Source: a virus. Taken from it: a stretch of 18,996 nucleotides of DNA. Positions within the stretch are counted from its first letter, which is position 1. Every line of letters starts with the position of its first letter. Location of the stretch: the UHGV virus genome UHGV-0337515. The stretch is one strand, 5' to 3'. This document shows positions 1 to 8,752 of the stretch, piece after piece. The notes below the pieces were generated by a model, which saw nothing but the letters and a program-made list of their open reading frames with translations, ran no database searches and had not been told where the DNA came from. Both the position numbers and the translations under genes were made by a program.

Positions 1-134
1 AACAATGGTTTGAACCCGGAACCGCCCGCGCGCTTGATGCGTTTATTGAGGGGATGACGCTGCATTTTGTCACCGACCGTAAGCCGCTATCGCGCGAGGA
101 GATTTTGAGGATGGTTGAGAGGGTTGCAGGGTAG
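1..134 (+). CDS. 3' end of a flanking (probably host) gene, C-terminal ~44 codons; product unknown
   Basis: Frame starting at position 3 is open from the window edge to TAG at 132-134 (…[33 protein letters not shown]). Not in the ORF track because no start codon lies in the window. Lies outside the phage-like genes. Confidence 0.35.
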
Positions 135-150
135 TAGATAAGTTTTAGAT

Positions 151-179
151 AACAAAAAACCCATTTATGTAAATGGGTT
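151..179 (-). terminator. Rho-independent terminator of the leftward cI-int operon; possibly overlaps the att core
   Basis: Perfect 10-bp inverted repeat aacccattta/taaatgggtt (158-167 / 170-179) with a 2-nt loop. On the minus strand it is followed by a T-run (plus-strand A-run 151-159). Confidence 0.55.
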
Positions 180-184
180 AATGA

Positions 185-216
185 AAACAATAAGTTAGAG
201 TAAAAACAATAAGTTG
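185..216. repeat. Two 13-bp direct repeats aaaacaataagtt (185-197 and 204-216); candidate integrase arm-type or IHF sites
   Basis: Exact 13-bp direct repeat 19 bp apart, in the non-coding region between the host gene end and the int-side genes. Confidence 0.45.
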
Positions 217-284
217 GGTTGGTGGTCAGTGGTGGTTATTACGGGGTAATGCCAACCGCTGCCGCCACTTTGTCGCCACTTGTT

Positions 285-554
285 TTACCTTAGACGCCAG
301 GGGCCTCTATCTTCAATCTGTTCGACTAACCCCTCCTCTTCTAGTTCACGCAATAGTGCAACAACCCAATATTGTTGGTTCGAACTTGTTGCTTTCCGTT
401 TTTCTCCCCAATCGAGGCCGCTTAGACGAAATACCTCAGCTTGCTTAACGCCGTTGCCGTTTTTTTGGGCATCTGGGTGAGTTTTAAGTACGGATAAAGC
501 CAATTCTTTGGCTCTGTTGCGCAATTCCGCTCCCTGATGCTGAAACTTATTCAT
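285..554 (-). CDS. Hypothetical 89-aa protein, possibly winged-helix DNA-binding, downstream of int
   Basis: ORF with GGAG 8 nt upstream of the ATG at 554. C-terminal half (QQYWVVALLRELEEEGLVEQ) resembles a winged-helix recognition region. Function not recognised. Confidence 0.55.
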   Translation of the reverse strand: MNKFQHQGAELRNRAKELALSVLKTHPDAQKNGNGVKQAEVFRLSGLDWGEKRKATSSNQQYWVVALLRELEEEGLVEQIEDRGPWRLR

Positions 555-612
555 TGATAGTGCTCCATGTGAAAAAAAAGAATATTAGCTCAACAGGGCA
601 AAATACGCATTT

Positions 613-1644
613 TCAAAAACTTGCTATTGATGTTGGTAGTGTTGCCAGCGGATTAAACCGTAATGCAGTTTCCAGGTGATCCGGTGCCAGATGTGCGTAA
701 CGCATAGTCATTTTTATATCGTGATGCCCGAGAATTTTTTGTAAGGCCAGGATATTTCCACCCGACATCATGAAGTGCGCCGCAAACGTATGGCGCAGAA
801 CGTGTGTCAGTTGACCGCGAGGGAGCACGATAGACGTTTTTTCCATCACGGATAAAAATTGAAAATAGCAGTCTGTAAAGAAATTGAACCCATCAAGCGC
901 CATGATCTCTTCGTAAAGCTCTTTACTGATAGGGATGCTTCTGTTTTTCTTCCCCTTCGTTCTTACAAAGGTAATTCGGTATTTGGTCACCTGTGAGCGG
1001 GTAAGATTTACGGCTTCACGCCAACGTGCGCCTGTGCTTAAGCATATCTTAACTACCAGTGCCAGAATTGGGTCCTGACGTTTGCAATCAGCCAGCAATT
1101 CAACAATCTGCTCATGGGTAAGCCATGCCATCTCTTTTTCTGCGATGGTGAATTTTCGCATGTTCTCCAGTGGGTTCGGATACGACCATTCGCCCAGGCG
1201 GGATAGTTCGCTAAAAACACTACTTAGATAGCTTTGCTCCAGGTTAATGGTGACCGGGCTTGCTCCTTTCTTCCATTTCTCGCTGAAGTAGATCTCACCT
1301 GTCAGGCGTTTATCTCGATAGTGGGCAAACATTTTAGATGTGAGATCAGTTGCAAGGGGATTGCCCAGAGCGTCAACCATCAGCAGCAATTTGTCATAGA
1401 CATGCTGCCCAGCAGTCAGTGATTTACCATGTAGTTTGAACCATAGCTCAACCACGTCTTTCAGTGTTCGACGATCCACTGATTCACCCAGCCAGGGCTT
1501 TGCTTCGGTTTCTTCCATCGTGTGACGCTCAAAAGCCAGTGCTTCGCCTTTGGTGGCGAATTGTTTACGCACACGACGCCCACTACGTCCGGCGGGGTAA
1601 CATTCGCAAAGCCATTTTCCTGTGGTGAGTTTTCGTACAGCCAT
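613..1644 (-). CDS. int: Tyrosine integrase (P2/186 Int family)
   Basis: Translation from ATG at 1644 (MAVRKLTTGKWLCECYPAGRSGRRVRKQFATKGEALAFE…) matches the P2 Int N-terminus. C-terminus carries HxLRHT…RYAHL catalytic motifs. The ORF-track 5' extension to 1800 has no counterpart in P2 Int. Confidence 0.92.
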   Translation of the reverse strand: MAVRKLTTGKWLCECYPAGRSGRRVRKQFATKGEALAFERHTMEETEAKPWLGESVDRRTLKDVVELWFKLHGKSLTAGQHVYDKLLLMVDALGNPLATDLTSKMFAHYRDKRLTGEIYFSEKWKKGASPVTINLEQSYLSSVFSELSRLGEWSYPNPLENMRKFTIAEKEMAWLTHEQIVELLADCKRQDPILALVVKICLSTGARWREAVNLTRSQVTKYRITFVRTKGKKNRSIPISKELYEEIMALDGFNFFTDCYFQFLSVMEKTSIVLPRGQLTHVLRHTFAAHFMMSGGNILALQKILGHHDIKMTMRYAHLAPDHLETALRFNPLATLPTSIASF

Positions 1645-1832
1645 AAAAAATGCCCTCCAATAGAGAGCATTTTTACTGTATGTATAACCAGTGTCAATGT
1701 ATGAAATCCTGCGACCATACATCTCACTGAAGCCATAATGAAGTAGGCTATTCTTTTTGCTATGTGAGCATGTAACTTTTGCGGTTAACCTGTGGCTCAT
1801 TTTTATTTTAGGCGCAGATATAAAAGCAAAAG

Positions 1833-2024
1833 TTATCGTGAGTTTTTAGTACAGATTTTTTTGGATTTACTAATAGTTCCATCATTGCAAACGAATTTGC
1901 CATCAGAGGTACAGTGAGAAACACCTCCCTTTTTCCCTGAGCAGGGATAATTTCTAGCATAGGTAGCTAGTGGGTTTAATAACAAAGAACATGACAAAAC
2001 CACAAAAAATACCTTACCAAGCAT
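1833..2024 (-). CDS. Small secreted cysteine-rich basic peptide (63 aa precursor, predicted signal peptide) between cI and int
   Basis: Strong SD (GGGAGG) 5 nt upstream of the ATG at 2024. N-terminal hydrophobic segment [23 protein letters not shown], then a ~40-aa Lys-rich region with 4 Cys. Starts 16 nt after the cI stop, so it sits in the lysogenic operon. Confidence 0.55.
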   Translation of the reverse strand: MLGKVFFVVLSCSLLLNPLATYARNYPCSGKKGGVSHCTSDGKFVCNDGTISKSKKICTKNSR

Positions 2025-2039
2025 AATTTCCTCCCGGTA

Positions 2040-2609
2040 CTATTTAACATACTTGACTGTTAAACTTATAATTTTACCAATTATTTCAATGTCTTCTATC
2101 TTGCATTCGAAGGCTCTGTTTCCACCCTCGACGAAGATTCTTCCACCGGGTAAACGAGTAATGTCACGGATCGTTATTTCGCCATCAATACTTATTACCC
2201 ATTTACCATCACGTATATCATCAAATTCCTTATCACAAATAAATTCAGAATTATTATCTGTGATTACAAAAAGATTCTTGAATGCCGACGGTAGAAATTC
2301 TCTATCGAAAATATAAAAACCGTCTTCACACAAGGCCCCATCAGATAATACATATTTAGCAACTTCCATAGTATTTGTATTACCTGAAGTTTGCTTTGAA
2401 CCATGCCCGGTTGTGAGCCAATTAAGCGAGGTGCCTGTTTCAAGGGCGCACTGGATTACCCATTCTGCTGGGAATGAGTCACGCATGTAGCGTGTGGCGA
2501 GTGTACTTTTAGAGATTCCTAAATGATCGCACAACGCCTGTCGAGTCTTGAATCCATAAGCTTCTACCATGCGCTCTATAGCGCCTCGTCCGCCTTTCTC
2601 CAAATTCAT
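2040..2609 (-). CDS. cI: 186-type CI immunity repressor (about 189 aa)
   Basis: N-terminal HTH region (…VEAYGFKTRQALCDHLGISKSTLATRYMR…CALETGTSLNWLTTGHG) resembles phage 186 CI; its ~190 aa length fits 186 CI rather than the ~99-aa P2 C. ATG at 2609 has GGAG 6 nt upstream; the track start at 2615 is GTG. Confidence 0.85.
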   Translation of the reverse strand: MNLEKGGRGAIERMVEAYGFKTRQALCDHLGISKSTLATRYMRDSFPAEWVIQCALETGTSLNWLTTGHGSKQTSGNTNTMEVAKYVLSDGALCEDGFYIFDREFLPSAFKNLFVITDNNSEFICDKEFDDIRDGKWVISIDGEITIRDITRLPGGRIFVEGGNRAFECKIEDIEIIGKIISLTVKYVK

Positions 2610-2633
2610 GGTCACTCCAAGTGAACTTTTATC

Positions 2634-2662
2634 TTGACGATTTCACTGTGCGATCGTATGTT
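2634..2662 (+). promoter_or_regulatory. Candidate early lytic promoter pR (TTGACG-17 bp-TATGTT)
   Basis: -35 TTGACG at 2634-2639, 17-bp spacer, -10 TATGTT at 2657-2662, in the cI/apl intergenic region pointing toward apl. Confidence 0.5.
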
Positions 2663-2734
2663 TATGGTGTTCACAAAATACAAACGATCCGTATTCGTCC
2701 TGATTAATCATCATTAAACGAGGAATGTTGCATC

Positions 2735-2956
2735 ATGAGACCTAACATTTCAATCACTCTTACCACGCCTCATGTGACTATTGAACGCTATAGCGAGCTG
2801 ACAGGGCTATCCATCGATACCATCAATGACATGTTGGCTGATGGACGCCTTATCCGTCACCGTCTGCGCAAAGATAAAAAACGCGAAAAAGTGATGATCA
2901 ACATAGCAGCAATGACCGTTGATGCGCTTTCAGAATGCAATCTAAACCTTAATTAG
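2735..2956 (+). CDS. apl: Apl/Cox-like excisionase and transcriptional regulator (73 aa, HTH)
   Basis: First rightward gene, divergent from cI, same position as 186 apl / P2 cox. HTH-like segment [21 protein letters not shown]. Confidence 0.65.
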   Translation: MRPNISITLTTPHVTIERYSELTGLSIDTINDMLADGRLIRHRLRKDKKREKVMINIAAMTVDALSECNLNLN

Positions 2957-2988
2957 TTCGATTCTGAGATACATCAGAGGCATTGACC

Positions 2989-3498
2989 ATGTTTGATTAC
3001 CAAGTTTCCAAACATCCACATTTTGATGAAGCCTGTCGTGCATTCGCATTGCGCCACAACCTGGTGCAACTGGCAGAACGTGCTGGCATGAATGTGCAGA
3101 TTCTGCGGAACAAGCTGAACCCAGCTCAACCTCATTTATTAACCGCACCAGAAATCTGGCTGCTTACCGATCTGACTGAAGATTCAACGCTGGTAGATGG
3201 TTTTCTGGCTCAGATTCACTGCCTGCCATGCGTACCGATTAATGAGGTGGCAAAAGAGAAACTGCCACATTACGTCATGAGTGCAACCGCAGAGATCGGG
3301 CGTGTTGCTGCAGGTGCGGTATCTGGCGATGTAAAAACCAGTGCAGGTCGTCGTGATGCTATCAGCAGCATTAACTCTGTAACACGACTGATGGCGTTGG
3401 CTGCTGTTTCATTGCAGGCCCGTTTACAGGCTAACCCTGCGATGGCGAGTGCAGTTGATACCGTGACTGGCCTCGGTGCTTCATTCGGTTTGCTGTGA
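2989..3498 (+). CDS. cII: CII lysogeny-establishment activator (186 CII family)
   Basis: [24 protein letters not shown]…[25 protein letters not shown]…[21 protein letters not shown] closely matches remembered 186 CII. ATG at 2989 has AGAGG 9 nt upstream; the track start at 2983 is TTG. Confidence 0.85.
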   Translation: MFDYQVSKHPHFDEACRAFALRHNLVQLAERAGMNVQILRNKLNPAQPHLLTAPEIWLLTDLTEDSTLVDGFLAQIHCLPCVPINEVAKEKLPHYVMSATAEIGRVAAGAVSGDVKTSAGRRDAISSINSVTRLMALAAVSLQARLQANPAMASAVDTVTGLGASFGLL

Positions 3499-3505
3499 GG
3501 TGCTT

Positions 3506-3802
3506 ATGCTGACGAAAGAACCATCATTTGCATCGCTGCTGGTAAAGCAAAGTCCGGCAATGCACTACGGTCACGGCTGGATCATGGGTGAGGATGGAAA
3601 ACGCTGGCATCCATGTCATTCACAAGATGAATTGCTGTCTGAATTGACCACGAGGAAACGGAGAAAGTCAAAATGTATGCAGCGGAAAGTGAAGTGGTTT
3701 ATCAGTTTCGTTACAGAGGGGAGAGTTATTCAGTACCTGAAGATGATTTGCTCTGTTGTTATCCGTCGTTGTTGGGCGATGGCAGTTACTTTTTCACGCT
3801 AA
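3506..3802 (+). CDS. Hypothetical early protein (98 aa) at the fil-like position after cII
   Basis: First ATG at 3506 with GAGG 5 nt upstream, directly after the cII stop. The 3' third overlaps the next ORF in another frame, so the true stop is uncertain. Confidence 0.4.
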   Translation: MLTKEPSFASLLVKQSPAMHYGHGWIMGEDGKRWHPCHSQDELLSELTTRKRRKSKCMQRKVKWFISFVTEGRVIQYLKMICSVVIRRCWAMAVTFSR

Positions 3803-3897
3803 AGGATGGGACGTTTTTACGGGGAGAGCAGGTTAAAGAGACGATACGAAAAAATGTATCTCCTCTTGAACGTTACCGTAAGAACAAAGAACGATAG
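3673..3897 (+). CDS. Hypothetical early protein (74 aa)
   Basis: ATG at 3673 with GGAG upstream; protein-like composition (MYAAESEVVYQFRYRGESYSVPEDDLLC…). Confidence 0.45.
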   Translation: MYAAESEVVYQFRYRGESYSVPEDDLLCCYPSLLGDGSYFFTLKDGTFLRGEQVKETIRKNVSPLERYRKNKER

Positions 3898-3919
3898 TTG
3901 CGTTTTGGGGATATGAATT

Positions 3920-4261
3920 ATGGCAATTAATGGCGCTGCGGCGACTGTTCCATTAAGCCCCGGTGAACGCCTGAATGGACTTAATCACATTGCGGAGTTA
4001 AGGGCGAAAGTTTTTGGTCTGAATATTGAGTCAGAGCTTGAGCGGTTTATTAAAGATATGCGTGATCCACGCGATATTAATAGCGAACAAAATAAACGGG
4101 CACTGGCTGCCATATTCTTTATGGCAAAAATTCCAGCTGAACGTCATAGCATCAGCATTAATGAGCTGACCACTGACGAAAAGCGGGAGTTGATTAAAGC
4201 AATGAATCATTTTCGTGCAGTAGTGAGCTTATTTCCCAGACGGCTAACCATGCCGAATTAA
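3920..4261 (+). CDS. Hypothetical early protein (113 aa)
   Basis: ORF with GGGGA upstream of the ATG at 3920; sits among the early genes. Confidence 0.55.
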   Translation: MAINGAAATVPLSPGERLNGLNHIAELRAKVFGLNIESELERFIKDMRDPRDINSEQNKRALAAIFFMAKIPAERHSISINELTTDEKRELIKAMNHFRAVVSLFPRRLTMPN

Positions 4262-4328
4262 CCAACTAATGAAATTAATGGCGTAAACCCGCCGGGCATC
4301 CCTTTATCTAAATTCAGGAGAATTGATT

Positions 4329-4562
4329 ATGCGTAATATTGAAACCCTCTCGACCAAAACCGGACCGGATGACGCAGGGCTTAATATTTTACTGACAGAG
4401 GCTCGTCTGGAAGAACGCCGGGCAAGGGCTGAAGCAATGGCAGCTCGCCTTGATAGCCTGGCGTGTCATATCACATCCCGCCAGCTAACCCACGTCGAAG
4501 CGGCAGAACTGCTTCGTGTGACTGCTGAAGCAATCCAGAACGAAGCGCAGGAGATCCACTAA
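4329..4562 (+). CDS. Hypothetical early protein (77 aa)
   Basis: ATG at 4329 with CAGGAG 8 nt upstream; the track start at 4323 is TTG. Stop abuts the next gene's start. Confidence 0.55.
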   Translation: MRNIETLSTKTGPDDAGLNILLTEARLEERRARAEAMAARLDSLACHITSRQLTHVEAAELLRVTAEAIQNEAQEIH

Positions 4563-4789
4563 TGGCTGATGCAATGGATCTCGTACAGCAGCGCGTTGAA
4601 GAAGAACGCCAACGCCATATCCGTGCTGCCCGTGCCAAAACGCCGGGCGTGTCCCGCGTGCTTTGCATTGAGTGTGAAGCGCCAATTCCGCCAGCACGCC
4701 GCCGTGCCATTCCGGGTGTGCAGCTTTGCATTACCTGTCAGGAAATCGCAGAGCTGAAAGGCAAACATTACAACGGAGGTGCTGTATGA
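4562..4789 (+). CDS. TraR/DksA-family C4 zinc-finger protein (P2 Orf82-like)
   Basis: C-terminal CxxC-(17 aa)-CxxC (CIECEAPIPPARRRAIPGVQLCITCQ) typical of the TraR/DksA zinc finger. Same position as P2 orf82 upstream of A. Confidence 0.7.
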   Translation: MADAMDLVQQRVEEERQRHIRAARAKTPGVSRVLCIECEAPIPPARRRAIPGVQLCITCQEIAELKGKHYNGGAV

Positions 4790-5643
4790 GCACCATCCTG
4801 AAATGGGCGGGAAATAAAACCGCCATTATGTCTGAACTGAAAAAACATCTTCCTGCTGGCCCGCGACTGGTTGAACCTTTCGCGGGTTCCTGTGCAGTGA
4901 TGATGGAGACGGAGTACCCCAGCTATCTTGTCGCGGATATTAATCCTGATTTAATCAACCTCTATAAAAAGGTTGCTGCTGATTGTGAATCGTTTATATC
5001 TCGCGCCAGAGTTTTATTTGAGATCGCAAACAGGGAGGTGGCTTATTACAACATAAGGCAGGAGTTTAATTACTCAACTGAAATTACTGATTTCATGAAA
5101 GCGGTATATTTCCTGTATCTCAATCGTCACGGTTACCGTGGTTTATGTCGCTATAACAAGAGCGGGCATTTCAACATTCCCTACGGTAATTATAAAAATC
5201 CGTATTTCCCTGAAAAAGAAATTCGCGCATTTGCAGAAAGGGCCCAGCGAGCAACGTTTATCTGCGCCAGCTTTGATGAAACGCTGGCGATGTTGAAGGC
5301 GGGGGATGTGGTGTATTGCGATCCGCCGTATGACGGTACGTTTTCCGGCTATCACACTGACGGCTTCACTGAAGATGACCAGTATCACCTGGCATCTGTT
5401 CTTGAACATCGGTCATCAGAAGGACATCCGGTCATTGTTTCTAACAGTGACACATCCCTGATCCGTTCGCTGTATCGCAATTTTACTCACCACTACATCA
5501 AGGCAAAACGCAGCATCGGTGTGGCAGCTGGCGAGGGTAAATCAGCAACAGAAATCATTGCTGTTTCCGGGCCGCGCTGCTGGGTGGGATTTGATTATTC
5601 GCGTGGCGTGGACAGTTCTGCCGTGTACGAGGTGCGTGTATGA
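4786..5643 (+). CDS. dam: DNA adenine methyltransferase (Dam-like, N6-adenine)
   Basis: Starts [11 protein letters not shown] (Dam N-terminal SAM-binding signature) and contains the DPPY catalytic motif ([10 protein letters not shown]). ATG at 4786 has GGAGGTG upstream and overlaps the preceding stop. The track extension from 4726 is unsupported. Confidence 0.88.
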   Translation: MSTILKWAGNKTAIMSELKKHLPAGPRLVEPFAGSCAVMMETEYPSYLVADINPDLINLYKKVAADCESFISRARVLFEIANREVAYYNIRQEFNYSTEITDFMKAVYFLYLNRHGYRGLCRYNKSGHFNIPYGNYKNPYFPEKEIRAFAERAQRATFICASFDETLAMLKAGDVVYCDPPYDGTFSGYHTDGFTEDDQYHLASVLEHRSSEGHPVIVSNSDTSLIRSLYRNFTHHYIKAKRSIGVAAGEGKSATEIIAVSGPRCWVGFDYSRGVDSSAVYEVRV

Positions 5644-8054
5644 GTCATGCCGATATGAGCGACTCTAGCGGCTTTAACGAGGCCGCTGCAGCATTTTCAT
5701 GGAACGGCCCGAAAAAGGCCATAAACCCTTATCTGGACCCGGCGGAAGTTGCGCCGGTTTCTGCGCTTTCAAACCTGATCACTCTGTATGCTGCCGATAA
5801 CGAGCAGGAACAGCTGCGCCGCGAGGAATTGAGTGAACAGGTCTGGGAGCGTTATTTCTTTAATGAATCCCGTGATCCTGTCCAGCGCGAAATGGAGCAG
5901 GATAAGCTCATTAGTCGGGCAAAGCTGGCGCATGAGCAGCAGCGTTTTAACCCGGACATGGTCATTCTGGCGGACGTCAGCGCCCAGCCCACCCACATCA
6001 GCAAGCCGCTGATGCAACGTATCGAATACTTCTGCAGCCTTGGCAGGCCAAAGGCTTATTCCCGCTATTTGCGTGAGACGATTAAGCCATGTCTGGAGCG
6101 ACTGGATTGTGTACGCGACAGTCAGCTATCCACTTCTTTTCGCTTTATGGCGAGCCATGAAGGGCTGGACGGCCTGCTGATCCTGCCTGAAATGAGTCAG
6201 GATCAGGTGAAACGCCTGTCCACCCTGGTAGCTGCGCATATGAGCATGTGCCTTGATGCAGCTTGTGGCGATTTGTATGCCACCGATGACGTTAAGCCAG
6301 AAGAAATCCGCAAGACATGGGAAAGGGTGGCAGCAGAAACCCTGCGACTGGATGTTATCCCACCTGCGTTTGAGCAACTCCGCCGGAAAAGAAACCGCCG
6401 TAAACCCGTGCCCTATGAACTCATTCCGGGTTCGCTGGCGCGTATGTTGTGCGCCGACTGGTGGTATCGGAAATTATGGAAGATGCGTTGCGAATGGCGG
6501 GAAGAGCAGTTGCGCGCTGTCTGCCTGGTCAGCAAAAAAGCATCTCCCTATGTCAGCTATGAAGCCGTGATGCATAAACGTGAGCAGCGCCGTAAGTCGC
6601 TGGAGTTTTTTCGTTCTCATGAACTGGTGAACGAAGACGGCGATACGCTGGAGATGGAAGACGTGGTAAACGCCAGCAGCAGCAACCCTGCGCATCGCCG
6701 CAATGAGATGATGGCCTGTGTTAAAGGTCTGGAGCTTATCGCGGAAATGCGCGGTGACTGCGCCGTTTTCTACACCATCACCTGTCCGTCACGTTTCCAT
6801 TCCACGCTAAATAACGGCAGACCAAACCCGACCTGGACAAACGCGACGGTAAGACAAAGCAGTGATTATCTGGTCGGCATGTTTGCTGCATTTCGTAAAG
6901 CGATGCACAAAGCCGGATTGCGCTGGTATGGCGTGCGGGTGGCTGAGCCGCATCATGACGGTACAGTTCACTGGCACCTGTTGTGTTTTATGCGCAAAAA
7001 AGATCGCCGAGCCATTACTGCTTTGTTGCGTAAGTTTGCCATTCGTGAAGACCGCGAGGAGCTGGGTAATAACACGGGACCACGCTTTAAGTCTGAGCTG
7101 ATAAACCCGCGCAAAGGTACGCCAACAAGCTACATCGCGAAATACATCAGTAAGAACATTGACGGGCGTGGTCTGGCTGGTGAGATCAGCAAGGAAACGG
7201 GTAAATCCCTGCGTGATAACGCTGAATACGTTAATGCCTGGGCGTCTCTGCATCGTGTTCAGCAATTTCGCTTCTTTGGTATTCCGGGGCGTCAGGCTTA
7301 CCGTGAACTGCGATTGCTGGCTGGTCAGGCGGCAAGGCAGCAGGGGGACAAAAAAGCAGGTGCGCCGGTACTGGATAACCCACGCCTTGATGCCATCCTG
7401 GCTGCTGCTGATGCTGGCTGTTTTGCCACCTACATCATGAAGCAGGGCGGCGTGCTGGTTCCCCGCAAATATCACCTTATCAGAACAGCTTATGAAATTA
7501 ACGAAGAGCCGACCGCCTATGGCGATCACGGTATTCGTATTTATGGCATCTGGTCACCCATTGCAGAGGGCAAGATCTGCACTCATGCCGTGAAGTGGAA
7601 AATGGTTCGTAAGGCCGTTGACGTTCAGGAGGCGGCAGCCGACCAGGGCGCTTGCGCCCCTTGGACTCGTGGCAATAACTGTCCCCTTGCTGAAAATTTG
7701 AACCAACAGGAGAAAGATAAATCAGCTGATGGGGACACCAGAACGGACATTATCCGCATGGATGACAAGGAGTTGCACGATTACCTGCACAGTCTGAGCA
7801 AAAAAGAGCGCCGGGAACTGGCAGCAAGGTTACGCCTGGTTAAGCCGAAATGGCGTAAAGACTACAAACAGCGAATTACAGATCATCAGCGACAGCAGCT
7901 CGTCTATGAACTGAAGTCCAGGGGATTTGATGGCAGCGAGAAAGAGGTCGATTTACTGCTTCGCGGCGGCAGTATTCCGTCAGGAGCAGGCCTGCGTATC
8001 TTCTATCGGAACCAGCGTTTGCAGGAAGATGATAAGTGGCGAAACCTGTATTAA
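5640..8054 (+). CDS. A: Replication initiator A (rolling-circle nicking protein, P2 gpA / 186 RepA family)
   Basis: 804-aa protein with an HUH-like motif ([10 protein letters not shown]) and paired tyrosines (SYIAKYISK) as in the P2 A active site. Start overlaps the dam stop (ATGA). Confidence 0.9.
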   Translation: MSHADMSDSSGFNEAAAAFSWNGPKKAINPYLDPAEVAPVSALSNLITLYAADNEQEQLRREELSEQVWERYFFNESRDPVQREMEQDKLISRAKLAHEQQRFNPDMVILADVSAQPTHISKPLMQRIEYFCSLGRPKAYSRYLRETIKPCLERLDCVRDSQLSTSFRFMASHEGLDGLLILPEMSQDQVKRLSTLVAAHMSMCLDAACGDLYATDDVKPEEIRKTWERVAAETLRLDVIPPAFEQLRRKRNRRKPVPYELIPGSLARMLCADWWYRKLWKMRCEWREEQLRAVCLVSKKASPYVSYEAVMHKREQRRKSLEFFRSHELVNEDGDTLEMEDVVNASSSNPAHRRNEMMACVKGLELIAEMRGDCAVFYTITCPSRFHSTLNNGRPNPTWTNATVRQSSDYLVGMFAAFRKAMHKAGLRWYGVRVAEPHHDGTVHWHLLCFMRKKDRRAITALLRKFAIREDREELGNNTGPRFKSELINPRKGTPTSYIAKYISKNIDGRGLAGEISKETGKSLRDNAEYVNAWASLHRVQQFRFFGIPGRQAYRELRLLAGQAARQQGDKKAGAPVLDNPRLDAILAAADAGCFATYIMKQGGVLVPRKYHLIRTAYEINEEPTAYGDHGIRIYGIWSPIAEGKICTHAVKWKMVRKAVDVQEAAADQGACAPWTRGNNCPLAENLNQQEKDKSADGDTRTDIIRMDDKELHDYLHSLSKKERRELAARLRLVKPKWRKDYKQRITDHQRQQLVYELKSRGFDGSEKEVDLLLRGGSIPSGAGLRIFYRNQRLQEDDKWRNLY

Positions 8055-8146
8055 TTACGCGGGTTAACAATTCGTGCTCTTAATAATACCAGGCATATCA
8101 GGCTGATGAGCGTAAAAAAACGTTTTACATCAGTAAGATTATTATA

Positions 8147-8166
8147 TACTGTAAATATAAACAGTG
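8147..8166. promoter_or_regulatory. LexA (SOS) box TACTGTAAATATAAACAGTG overlapping a probable promoter of the tum-like operon
   Basis: CTGT-N8-ACAG palindrome; matches the LexA consensus TACTGTATATATATACAGTA at 16 of 20 positions. Lies about 40 bp upstream of the ORF at 8207, with TTTACA (8124-8129) and TATACT (8145-8150) promoter-like hexamers nearby. Confidence 0.65.
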
Positions 8167-8206
8167 GTTATGTATACAGTATTGCTTTGGTGTCATAGGA
8201 GGAAAG

Positions 8207-8395
8207 ATGCAGGACTATTTTTTGGAGTCTTTGAAGCTCCAGCGCATTGATTTTTTTCTTAAGCTTGTAGCGGCTAGTGAGTGTAGTGATGAAGAGAAGG
8301 GGCTGGCTCTGCAGTGGGTTTCTGAACTGACAGATGAACTCATGGCAAAAATCAGAAGCCACGAATACAACCGCTCAATGGATGTCATCAGCTGA
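8207..8395 (+). CDS. Small LexA-regulated protein (62 aa), possibly the N-terminal part of a Tum-like antirepressor
   Basis: Excellent SD AGGAGG 4 nt upstream of the ATG at 8207, directly downstream of the LexA box. Sits where 186 has tum. Confidence 0.6.
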   Translation: MQDYFLESLKLQRIDFFLKLVAASECSDEEKGLALQWVSELTDELMAKIRSHEYNRSMDVIS

Positions 8396-8405
8396 GGTGA
8401 CTTTT

Positions 8406-8639
8406 ATGCGCATTGAAATAATGATCGATAAAGAGCAGAAGATTAGCCAGTCTACCCTGGACGCCCTTGAATCCGAGCTTTACCGCAATCTGCGCCCCCT
8501 GTATCCCAAAACGGTAATCCGTATCCGTAAAGGTAGCTCTAACGGTGTGGAACTGACCGGACTGCAACTGGACGAAGAAAGAAAACAAGTGATGAAAATT
8601 TTGCAGAAGGTGTGGGAAGACGACAGCTGGCTGCATTGA
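8406..8639 (+). CDS. DinI-family protein (77 aa), like the C-terminal domain of 186 Tum
   Basis: MRIEIMIDKEQKISQSTLDALESELYRNLRPLYP…KQVMKILQKVWEDDSWLH parallels E. coli DinI (MRIEVTIAK…ILQETWE…DDW). ATG at 8406 with GAGGTGA upstream. Confidence 0.8.
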   Translation: MRIEIMIDKEQKISQSTLDALESELYRNLRPLYPKTVIRIRKGSSNGVELTGLQLDEERKQVMKILQKVWEDDSWLH

Positions 8640-8694
8640 TTTTGTCAATAGACGCTTGTTTTTACTAATCAAAAAGGGTTACATATGAGTGAGA

Positions 8695-8727
8695 GGCGAT
8701 GTCAATCAGATATCGCCTTGTTTTTTG
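8695..8727 (+). terminator. Weak candidate terminator hairpin between the DinI-like gene and the lipoprotein gene
   Basis: Inverted repeat ggcgat/atcgcc (8695-8700 / 8712-8717) followed by ttgttttttg. Confidence 0.3.
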
Positions 8728-8752
8728 TCAAGAAAAGAATAATAGGCTAAAA

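Noticed and set aside
1234-1736. ORFs of 60-91 aa nested inside or antisense to int (1234-1422 +, 1461-1736 -, 1522-1704 +)
   Set aside because: Entirely inside the well-supported integrase gene, no convincing ribosome-binding sites, atypical composition.
6126-7529. Antisense and alternate-frame ORFs inside gene A (for example 6807-7529 -, 240 aa)
   Set aside because: Nested in the confidently identified replication gene; frequent in GC-rich coding DNA; no start signals.
8164-8179. Possible second LexA box next to the first
   Set aside because: Only the right half-site (ACAG) matches; the left half is GTGG rather than CTGT.
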